From Chiloscyllium plagiosum (lineage: Eukaryota), in contig NW_025213468.1 in assembly GCF_004010195.1 (NCBI RefSeq), forward strand, positions 1 through 33,362: a stretch of 33,362 bases of DNA, read 5' to 3'. Of the stretch, positions 1-9,380 are shown piece by piece; positions within the stretch are counted from its first letter, which is position 1, and each line of letters starts with the position of its first letter. Both the position numbers and the translations under genes were made by a program. The notes below the pieces were generated by a model that searched no databases, was not told the origin of the DNA, and worked only from the letters and a program-made list of their open reading frames with translations.

Positions 1-444
1 GGATAGCTCCCGGGTCCTCATCGACTGCGGGGAGTGAAGGTGGAGGAAAGGGGACAGGTGTAGGAGGCACGGTGTGACATCCTACCCGATAGGCCGTGCC
101 CGGAGCCACCTCAGCACTGCATGTCGGGGGGTGTCAGGCATGGTCTGAATACTGGGGCTGAATGGCCTCCTGTGTGCATGTCTGACAGTGCTGGAGGAGA
201 GGGCTGAATGGCCTCCCTCTGTTCCTGTGTAACAGCGTGGAGGAAGGGGGTCCTGAATGGACTCCTGCTGGTCCCCTGTGATGGGCTGGAGGGGGTGGGC
301 TGAATGGCCTCCAGCTGTTCGCGTATGACAGGCTCAGGGAGGAGTGGGGCTGAATGGCCTCCTGCCAATTTAAAATGGGCCTCCCTCGCAGAATGTCCAA
401 TGGGACCCAGCAACCGACTAAGTCTAAGACCCTCACAGTTACAC

Positions 445-2520
445 CCTCTACCATCGGGCAGAAGATACAAAATGTTTGAATACACACACTAACAGATTCA
501 GGAACAGCTTCTTCCCCACACTAACAGATTCAGGAACAGCTTCTTCCCCACACTAACAGATTCAGGAACAGCTTCTTCACCGTACTAACAGATTCAGGAA
601 CAGCTTCTTCCCCGCACTAACAGATTCAGGAACAGCTTTTTCCCTGTACTAACAGATTCAGGAACAGCTTATTCCCCGCACTAACAGATTCAGGAACAAC
701 TTCTTTCCCGCGCTAACAGATTCAGGAACAGCTTCTTCCCCGTGCTAACAGATTCAGGAACAGCTTCTTCCCCGCACTAACAGATTCAGGAACAGCTTCT
801 TCCCCACACTAACAGATTCAGGAACAGCTTCTTCCTCACACTAACAGATTCAGGAGCAGCTTCTTCTCCGTACTAACAGATTCAGGAACAGCTTCTTCAC
901 CACACAAACAGATTCAGGAACAGCTTCATCCCCATACTAATAGATTCAGGAACAGCTTTTTCCCTGTACTAACAGATTCAGGAACAGCTTCTTCCCCGCA
1001 CTAACAGATTCAGGAACAACTTATTTCCCGCGCTAACAGATTCAGGAACAGCTTCTTCCTCGTACTAACAGATTCAGGAACAGCTTTTTCCCTGTACTAA
1101 CAGATTCAGGAACAACGTCTTTCCCGTACTAACAGATTCAGGAACAGCTTTTTCCCTGTACTAACAGATTCAGGAACAGCTTCTTCCCCGTACTAACAGA
1201 TTGAGGAACAGCTCCTTCCCCGCACTAACAGATTCAGGAACAGCTTCTGCCCTGCACTAACAGATTCAGGAACAGCTTCTTTCCCGTATTAACAGATTCA
1301 GGAACAGCTTCTTCCCCGCGCTAACAGATTCAGGAACAGCTTCTTCCCCTGTACTAACAGATTCAGGAACAGCTTCTTCCCCGCACTAACAGATTCAGGA
1401 ACAGCTTCTTTCCTGCACAAATAGATTCTGGAACAGCTTCTTTCCCGCACTAACAGATTCAGGAACAGCTTCTTCCCCGCGCTAACAGATTCAGGAGCAG
1501 CTTCTTTCCCGCACTAACAGATTCAGGAACAGCTTCTTCCCCGCACTAACAGATTCAGCAACGGCTTCTTCCCCGTTCTAACAGATTCAGGAACAGCTTC
1601 TTCCCCGTGGTAACAGTTTCAGGAACAGCTTCTTCCCCGCACTAACAGATTCAGGAACAGCTTCTTCCCCGTACTAACAGATTCAGCAAAGGCTTCTTGC
1701 CCGTACTAACAGATTCAGGAACAGCGTCTTCCCTGTGCTAACGGTTTCAGGAATAGCTTCTTCCCCGTGCTAACAGATTCAGGAACAGCTTCTTCCCCGC
1801 ACTAACAGATTCAGGAACAGCTTGTTCCCAACACTAACTGGTTCAGGAACAGCTTGTTCCCCACACTAACTGGTTCAGGAACAGCTTCTTCCCCGTACTA
1901 ACAGATTCAGCAACAGCTTCTTCCCCGCACTAACAGATTCAGGACAAGCTTGTTCCCCGCACTAACTAGTTCAGGAACAGCTTGTTCCCCACACTAACTA
2001 GTTCAGGAACAGCTTGTTCCCCACACTAACTGGTTCAGGAACAGCTTCTTCCCCGCATTAACAGGTTCAGGAACAGCTTCTTCTCCACACTTACTGGTTC
2101 AGGAACAGCTTCTTCCCCGTACTAACAGATTCAGGAACAGCTTCTTCCCCACACTAACAGATTCAGGAACACCTTCTTCCCCACACTAACAGGTTCAGGA
2201 ACAGCTTCTTCCCCGCACTAACAGATTCAGGAACAGCTTCTTCCCCACACTAACTGGTTCAGGAACAGCTTCTTCCCCGTACTAACAGATTCAGGAACAG
2301 CTTTTTCCCCGTACTAACAGATTCAGGAACAGCTTCTTCCCCACACTAACAAATTCAGGAACAGCTTCTTCCCCGCATTAACAGGTTCAGGAACAGCTTC
2401 TTTCCCGCACTAACAGATTCAGGAACAGCTTCTTCCCCGCACTAACAGATTCAGGAACACCTTCTTCCCCACACTAACTGGTTCAGGAACAGCTTGTTCC
2501 CCACTGTGTTCAGACTGATT
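445..2520 (+). mobile_element. Rex1/Babar-type LINE ORF 3'-end remnant split by an internal tandem expansion
   Basis: Left flank translates PLPSGRRYK, then (after a frameshift) LNTHTNRFRNSFFP. The right flank (ccactgtgttcagactg) resembles the ..IRL continuation. This matches the LPSGRRY...R.RNSFFP..IRLLN C-terminal motif of Rex1/Babar LINEs as I recall it. Confidence 0.65.
487..2505. repeat. 32-bp minisatellite, about 63 copies, consensus cactaacagattcaggaacagcttcttcccc(g/a)
   Basis: Unit starts at 487, 519, 551 and onward (period 32), with scattered point variants. Confidence 0.97.
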
Positions 2521-2633
2521 CAGTGATAAGTCAAGCGAAACACTCAGCCGTGCATCAGACTCACTCCCCTCCGTGCCCTCTCCCCCAGCTCCAACCTGTC
2601 CCTCTGCTGTAACCTGACCATCTGCCCCCGCAG

Positions 2634-2691
2634 GAGAATTCCAACGGATCGTCAGAGGCGGAAGATGGGAAGGAGAAAAAGAAGGAGAAAC
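2634..2691 (+). CDS. PSME2: PA28-beta internal coding exon (homolog-specific insert), ENSNGSSEAEDGKEKKKEK + 1 nt
   Basis: Acceptor ctgcccccgcag|G with upstream ctgac branch-like motif; donor AAC|gtgagt. The exon is 58 nt, phase 0 to 1, and joins in frame to the next exon (C+CC = Pro). The charged K/E segment lies just before the PKCG motif, as expected for PA28. Confidence 0.8.
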
Positions 2692-3221
2692 GTGAGTGAA
2701 ATGCGCCATTACTCGGGGTCTCCTGCTCAGTCCCTCGGGGCAAATGATGCCCCTCTCCCCACACCGTCCTATTAATCGCCCTTTCATGGGACCCAGTATC
2801 TATTTGGTATCCCAACCACCATCCGTAATTACCCCCTTCGAGCCCTTGAGTCTCCCTCTGATGTTTCGGAGGGCACGGTTAAGTGTCAGATGGGTGTGTG
2901 GTGGCCTGGAGTCACTTGGAGAGGCCTAGAACTGGGGGGCACAGGTAAGGGCGGCAGATATCCTTACCCCTAAAGGGGGCAAAGGTTAAGGGGGACATTG
3001 GTGAACCGCAAATCGGGTGGTCACACTCACCATGACCCAGTCCGGCTTCCGAATCCTGATTTATTTGGCGGAATTAGGTCTTGGCAGAGGCCGGGGGGGT
3101 GTGGTTTGAACCCAGGCCGCCCCCTCCACAAACCACTCGGCACCCCCCCATCCTCCACCCACCAATCCAGTCACAGTAAAAGATTGACACTGTCTCTATG
3201 TCTCAGGAGGGCGTGGACCGA

Positions 3222-4435
3222 TCACTAGGCTACAGCAAGGCCTGGGCACTATGCTCTAGTGGTCGCTGGGCATGGGCGAGGCCTGTTCGCTCGGCTCCAG
3301 TGAGGCCTGGTTACTGGGCATGGGTGAGGCCTGGTCACTAGCCTCCGGTGAAGGCCAGTCACTCAGCTGCAGTGAGACCTGATAACTGGACTCGGGCTAG
3401 GCTTGTCGCTTAGCTTGGGCAAGGACATGGCCACTGGTCACTAGGCTCTGGCGAGGCCTGGTCGCTGGACTAGGGTGAGGCCTGGTCACTGGGTATGGTT
3501 AAGGCCCGATTGCTAGGCTCGTGCGAGGCCTGGTCACTGGGCTTGGGTGAGGCCTGGTCACTAGGCTCGTGCGAGGGCTGGTCACTTGGCTCGGGTGAGG
3601 CCTGGTTACTAGGCTCGGGTGAGGCCTGGTCACTAGGCTCAGGGGAGCCTGGTTGCTAGGCTCAGGGGAGGCCTGGTCGCTAGGCTCAGGGGAGGCCTGG
3701 TCACTAGGCTCAGGGGAGGCCTGGTCACTCAGCTGCAGTGAGACCTGGTAACTGGACTCGGGCTAGGCTTGGTCGCTTAGCTTGGGCAAGGGCATGGTCA
3801 CTGGTCACTAGGCTCTGGCGAGGCCTGGTCACTAGGCTCAGGCGAGGCCTGGTTGCTAGGCTCGGGCGGGGTCTGGCTGCTAGGCTCGGGCGAGGCCTGG
3901 TCGCTAGGCTCAGGCGAGGCCTGGTTGCAAGGCTCGGGCGAGGCTTGGTCGTTTAGCTTGGGCAAGGGCATGGTCACTGGTCACTAGGTTCTGGCGAGGC
4001 CTGGTCGCTGGACTAGGGTGAGGCCCGATCGCTAGGCTCGTGCGAGGCGTGGTCTCTGGGCATGAGTGAGGCCTGGTCACTGGGCTTGAGTGAGACCTGG
4101 TCTCTGGACATGATTGAGGCCTGGTCACTAGGCTCGGGCGGGGCCTGGTTGCTAGGCTCGGGCGGGGCCTGGCTGCTAGGCTTGGGTGAGGCCTGGTCGC
4201 TAGGCTCGGGCGAGGTCTGGTCACGAGGCTCAGAGGAGGCCTGGTTGCTAGGCTCAGGCGAGGCCTGGTCACGCGGCTCAGGTGAGGCCTGGTCACGAGG
4301 CTCAGGCGTGGCCTGGTCGCTAGGCTCAGGTGAGGCATGGTTGCTAGGCTCAGGCGAGGCTTGGTCACGAGGCTCAGGCGAGGCCTGGTCACGCGGCTCA
4401 GGTGTGGCCTGGTTGCTGGGTATAAGTGAGACCTG
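3222..4435. repeat. Degenerate GC-rich 24-bp minisatellite, consensus aggcctggtcactaggctcgggcg
   Basis: Visible tandem units; the ORF track shows 8-aa periodicity (GSGEAWSL, LATRPRLS). Confidence 0.95.
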
Positions 4436-4586
4436 ATTCCTGGGCTTAGCCAGTATGCAGGTGTCGTTGCCAGGACTCCACGCTCTCCCACTACGAGGGC
4501 GGCAAGGGCACGGGGGTGGGGGTAAAAAATTCTCTGAGATTGGCAGCTAAGCCTCTCCCTCTCCCTCTCTCTCTCCTCCCACACAG

Positions 4587-4684
4587 CCCCAAAATGTGGG
4601 CTGATCAAGGCCAACGAGAAGATTCTGAACTTGGTGCAATGTGTCAAACCGCAACTCAACGAACTCAAAGAGGCCTGCATCGTG
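4587..4684 (+). CDS. PSME2: PA28-beta coding exon, (P)PKCGLIKANEKILNLVQCVKPQLNELKEACIV
   Basis: Polypyrimidine tract plus acacag| acceptor and GTG|gtgagt donor; 98 nt. Aligns by eye with mammalian PA28-beta [31 protein letters not shown]. Confidence 0.93.
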
Positions 4685-4754
4685 GTGAGTGAGACAGGAA
4701 ATTCCAGACCACACAATACTCCCGGGACACCCCCCCCGCTGTCATATCAGCACT

Positions 4755-5437
4755 AGCTCTCTCTCTCAGTCTCTCACACAGAGACAGGTACAATACAGAG
4801 CTCCCTGTAACACTCCGCAGGGTCTGCACTGAGCTCTCTCTCTCTCTCTCAGAGACAGGGACAATACAGAGCTCCCTGTAACATCTCCGCAGGGCCTGCA
4901 CTGAGCTCTCTCTCTCTCTCTCAGAGACAGGGACAATACAGAGCTCCCTGTAACATCTCCGCAGGGCCTGCACTGAGCTCTCTCTCTCTCTCTCCCTCCC
5001 CCTCTCTCTCTCTCTCTCAGAGACAGGTACAATACAGAGCTCCCTGTAACACTCCCCAGGGTCCGCACTGAGCTCTCTCTCTCTCTCTCAGAGACAGGGA
5101 CAATACAGAGCTCCCTGTAACAGTCCCCAGGGTCTGCAATGAGCTCGCTCTCTCTCTCTCTCTCAGAGACAGGTACAATACAGTGCTCCCTGTAACACTC
5201 CCCACGGTCCGTACTGAGCTCTCTCTCTCTCTCTCTCTCTCAGAGACAGGGACAATAGAGAGCTCCCTGTAACACTCCCCACGGTCCGTACTGAGCTCTC
5301 TCTCTCTCTCTCTCTCAGAGACAGGGACAATAGAGAGCTCCCTGTAACACTCCCCAGGGTCCGCACTGAGCTCTCTCTCTCACAGAGACAGGGACAATAC
5401 AGAGCTCCCTGTAACACTCCCCAGGGTCCGCACTGAG

Positions 5438-5470
<33 letters not shown>

Positions 5471-5677
5471 AGAGACAGGGACAATACAGAGCTCCCTGTA
5501 ACACTCCCCAGGGTCCGCACTGAGCTCTCTCTCCCTCTCTCTCCGAGACAGGTACAATACAGAGCTCCCTGTAACACTCCCCACAGTCTGCACTGAGCTC
5601 TCTCTCCCTCTCTCTCTGAGACAGGTACAATACAGAGCTCCCTGTAACACACCCCAAGGTCTGCACTGAGCTCTCTC

Positions 5678-5712
<35 letters not shown>

Positions 5713-5765
5713 GAGACAGGTACAATACAGAGCTCCCTGTAACACTCCCCACAGTCTGTACTGAG

Positions 5766-5797
<32 letters not shown>

Positions 5798-6385
5798 GAC
5801 AGGTACAATACAGAGCTCCCTGTAACACTCCCCAGGGTCCGCACTGAGCTCTCTCTCCCTCTCTCTCAGAGACAGGTACAATACAGAGCAGGCAGCAGCT
5901 AGGGAACAGGAGAATCGACGTTTCGGGCTGACCTGCTGCGCTTTTCCAGCAACACATTTCCATCTCTGATCTCCAGCATCTGCAGACCTCACTTTCTCCT
6001 ACAATACAGAGCTCCCTGTAACACTCCCCACGGTCCGCACTGAGCTCTCTCTCTCTCTCTCTCTCTCTCAGAGATAGGTACAATACAGAGCTCCCTGTAA
6101 CACTCCCAGGGTCTGCACTGAGCTCTCTCCCCCTCTCTCTCTCTCTCTCTCTCTCAGAGACAGGTACAATCAGAGCTCCCTGTAACTCTCCCCACGGTCC
6201 GCACTGAGCTCTCTCTCCCTCTCTCTCTCTCCCTCTCTCTCAGAGATAGGTACAATACAGAGCTCCCTGTAACACACCCCAAGGTCTGCACTGAGCTCTC
6301 TCCCCCTTCTCTCCCTCTCTCAGAGACAGGTACAATACAGAGCTCCCTGTAACTCTCCCCACGGTCCGCACTGAGCTCTCTCTCT
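4755..6385. repeat. Composite minisatellite: about 55-bp constant core (cagagacaggtacaatacagagctccctgtaacactccccagggtccgcactgag) plus variable (CT)n
   Basis: The core recurs roughly every 65-85 bp, separated by CT microsatellite tracts of variable length. Confidence 0.96.
5890..5999. mobile_element. Short Penelope-end-derived insertion inside the composite minisatellite
   Basis: Non-array sequence (ggagaatcgacgtttcggg / ctgacctgctgcgcttttccagc...ctccagcatctgcag) related to 26159-26358. Flanked by the direct repeat tacaatacagagc at 5877-5889 and 6000-6012. Confidence 0.7.
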
Positions 6386-6526
6386 TCTCTCACCCTCCCT
6401 CCCTCTCGCTTGCCGTAGGAAGGATTGAATGCCGTCGCTCTGCCCATGCGAGTGTCTCTGTCTCTCTCTCTCCCCCTGATCATCTCTCGTTTCCCAACCT
6501 GTCCCTTCTCCCCGGTCCTTTTCCAG

Positions 6527-6595
6527 ATAACCGCCTGGATCCAGTACATGGTGCCGAAGATCGAAGACGGTAATGATTTTGGCGTCGCCATTCAG
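6527..6595 (+). CDS. PSME2: PA28-beta coding exon with the activation loop, [23 protein letters not shown]
   Basis: Acceptor ccttttccag|, donor CAG|gtgagg; 69 nt. [14 protein letters not shown] matches PA28-beta, whereas PA28-alpha has EDGNNFGVAVQ. Confidence 0.96.
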
Positions 6596-6947
6596 GTGAG
6601 GGTTGTGGCTGGGGGGACGGGAGGTGGTGATTGGGGGCAGTCGGAGACAGTATGAGATTGGCCAAACGGGCCCTGGTGGGCGCTCGCGTTTACGGTCTGT
6701 GGGATTGTGGCGGGGGAGATCGGCCCAGCATCCATCGCTCCCCCCTCCCCCCTCCGCCGCACCACCTCCGTGACAACCCAGAGTCGATCGCGTCGGCCTG
6801 GCGACAGGAGTCACGTGGATCCGGGTGGGGACGGCGGTGAGATCTCCCATCGTGATGGACCTTCAGCCCAAGGCTCAGTGCCGCGTCGGCACGCCGTCTT
6901 GCTGTATCCCCCTCTTCTCGCTGTATCTCCTCCGGGTTGGGGGAGGT

Positions 6948-7100
6948 GGAGCGCGATGGCCCAGTGGTATTGTGGCCGGGCCCGTTCATCCATGGCACGT
7001 CCCGGCTTCAAATCTCGTCAGGTCCGGGCGGCGGGAATTTGAATTCAATCCAGAAAAATCGAAAACCAAGGGTCCAGTGATGACCAGGAGGGAAAACCCC
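6948..7100 (+). mobile_element. Degenerate tRNA-derived SINE (second family)
   Basis: A-box-like tggcccagtggt, B-box-like gcttcaaatc, then ggaatttgaattcaat. Similar to 17550-17650 and to minus-strand pieces around 19120-19525. Confidence 0.45.
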
Positions 7101-7109
7101 ATTAGGTTT

Positions 7110-7263
7110 TTAGATTATTAGATTAGATTAGATTACTTACAGTGTGGAAACAGGCCCTTCGGCCCAACAAGTCCACACCGCCCCGCCGAAGCGCAACCCA
7201 CCCATACCCCTACATTTACCCCTTACCTAACACTACGGGCAATTTAGCATGGCCAATTCACCT
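7110..7263 (-). mobile_element. HE1-like SINE, 3' part running into a gap
   Basis: (ttaga)n tail followed by agtgtggaaacaggcccttcggcccaacaagtccacac...aatttagcatggccaattcacct, the reverse complement of the copy at 21144-21437. Confidence 0.85.
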
Positions 7264-7955
7264 NNNNNNNNNNNNNNNNNNNNNNNNNNNNNNNNNNNNN
7301 NNNNNNNNNNNNNNNNNNNNNNNNNNNNNNNNNNNNNNNNNNNNNNNNNNNNNNNNNNNNNNNNNNNNNNNNNNNNNNNNNNNNNNNNNNNNNNNNNNNN
7401 NNNNNNNNNNNNNNNNNNNNNNNNNNNNNNNNNNNNNNNNNNNNNNNNNNNNNNNNNNNNNNNNNNNNNNNNNNNNNNNNNNNNNNNNNNNNNNNNNNNN
7501 NNNNNNNNNNNNNNNNNNNNNNNNNNNNNNNNNNNNNNNNNNNNNNNNNNNNNNNNNNNNNNNNNNNNNNNNNNNNNNNNNNNNNNNNNNNNNNNNNNNN
7601 NNNNNNNNNNNNNNNNNNNNNNNNNNNNNNNNNNNNNNNNNNNNNNNNNNNNNNNNNNNNNNNNNNNNNNNNNNNNNNNNNNNNNNNNNNNNNNNNNNNN
7701 NNNNNNNNNNNNNNNNNNNNNNNNNNNNNNNNNNNNNNNNNNNNNNNNNNNNNNNNNNNNNNNNNNNNNNNNNNNNNNNNNNNNNNNNNNNNNNNNNNNN
7801 NNNNNNNNNNNNNNNNNNNNNNNNNNNNNNNNNNNNNNNNNNNNNNNNNNNNNNNNNNNNNNNNNNNNNNNNNNNNNNNNNNNNNNNNNNNNNNNNNNNN
7901 NNNNNNNNNNNNNNNNNNNNNNNNNNNNNNNNNNNNNNNNNNNNNNNNNNNNNNN

Positions 7956-8368
7956 TAATCTAATCTAATCTAATCTAATCTAATCTAATCTAATCTAATC
8001 TAATCTAATCTAATCTAATCTAATCTAATCTAATCTAATCTAATCTAATCTAATCTAATCTAATCTAATCTAATCTAATCTAATCTAATCTAATCTAATC
8101 TAATCTAATCTAATCTAATCTAATCTAATCTAATCTAATCTAATCTAATCTAATCTAATCTAATCTAATCTAATCTAATCTAATCTAATCTAATCTAATC
8201 TAATCTAATCTAATCTAATCTAATCTAATCTAATCTAATCTAATCTAATCTAATCTAATCTAATCTAATCTAATCTAATCTAATCTAATCTAATCTAATC
8301 TAATCTAATCTAATCTAATCTAATCTAATCTAATCTAATCTAATCTAATCTAATCTAATCTAATCTAA
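7956..8368. repeat. Perfect (TAATC)n microsatellite, about 82 units, abutting a gap
   Basis: Directly visible; same motif as the SINE tails. Confidence 0.98.
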
Positions 8369-8671
8369 TGGCCGACCAGCCCGTGACATTCGTTAACCCT
8401 TTCCCTGTGCTGCCTGCTCACACAAAGATGGCCGCCCGCCACATGGCCAATGGAATGAACGATGGAATGGCCGACTCCGGTTCCTCTCTCTCGATGCCCC
8501 AACTCTTCATCTGAGGGAATACAAGCTCAGTGTGTGAACTCCCACCCCTGGCACTGATCCTTTAACCCCTTCCACGCCCCAGGGTAAACCTCCTCAACTT
8601 GCCCCTTCCGATGGTGTTCTCCCCCCCGGGGGGGGGGTGCCCGGGATTGAACTCAGTTCCGAACAGCCGCT

Positions 8672-9110
8672 TAGAGTCATAGAGCACGGACGCAGACCCT
8701 TCGGTCCAACCCGTCCGTGCCGACCCAGATATCCCTAACCTAATCTAGTCCCACCTGCCAGCCCTTGGCCCATATCCCTACAAGCCCTTCCTATTCATGT
8801 CCCCATCTAGATGCCTTTTAAATGCTGTCATTGTACCAGCCTCCACCACTTCCTCTGGCAGCTCATTCCGTACCCGTGAAAACGTTGCCCCTTTTAAATC
8901 TTTCCCTCTCACCCAAAACTTGTGTCCACGAGGAAAAAACCTTGTCTGTTTACCTTCTCCATGCTCCCTCGAGATTTTATAGACCTCTGTAAGGTCACCC
9001 CTCAGCCTCCGACAGCCCCGGCCTGTTCAGCCTCTCCCTGGAGCTCAAACCCTCCAACCCTGGCAACAACATTGTAAATCTTTTCTGAACCCTTTCAAGT
9101 TGGACAACAT
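8672..9110 (-). mobile_element. CR1-type LINE 3' fragment
   Basis: tagagtcatagag tail and gacccttcggtccaac...gtaccagcctccaccacttcctctggcagctcattcc...ctcaaaccctccaaccctggcaaca, homologous to 20995-21950 and 27047-27590. Confidence 0.88.
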
Positions 9111-9302
9111 CCATCGACGATCCCCTTTGTCTATATCTCTCTGTGATATCGTTCCCAGGAACCCAGGGTGTCATTTACCTGAGTTACCCTGTGTCCAGAT
9201 GGTGGGGGGGAGGGCAGTAGTGAGAGGTTCGGTCCAGGGAGAGGGGAGTCAGCGGTGGATTAGCCTCAGGACTTTGACAGATCTCACCCGTGTTTCCCTC
9301 AG

Positions 9303-9370
9303 GAAAAGATTCTGGAGCGGACAGCGGCCGTGAAGACCAAGGTGGAAGGGTTTCAGACCAGCATCACAAA
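9303..9370 (+). CDS. PSME2: PA28-beta coding exon, EKILERTAAVKTKVEGFQTSIT(K)
   Basis: Acceptor tgtttccctcag|, donor AA|gtaagt; 68 nt, ends in phase 2. Matches PA28-beta EKVLERVNAVKTKVEAFQTTISK. Confidence 0.95.
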
Positions 9371-9380
9371 GTAAGTGACC

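Noticed and set aside
3738..6083. Repetitive ORFs (GSGEAWSL, RERERE)
   Set aside because: Produced by the 24-bp and (CT)n arrays.
2634..9370. Alternative assignment to PSME1 or PSME3
   Set aside because: [11 protein letters not shown] and ER..AVKTKVE.FQT are beta-type residues.
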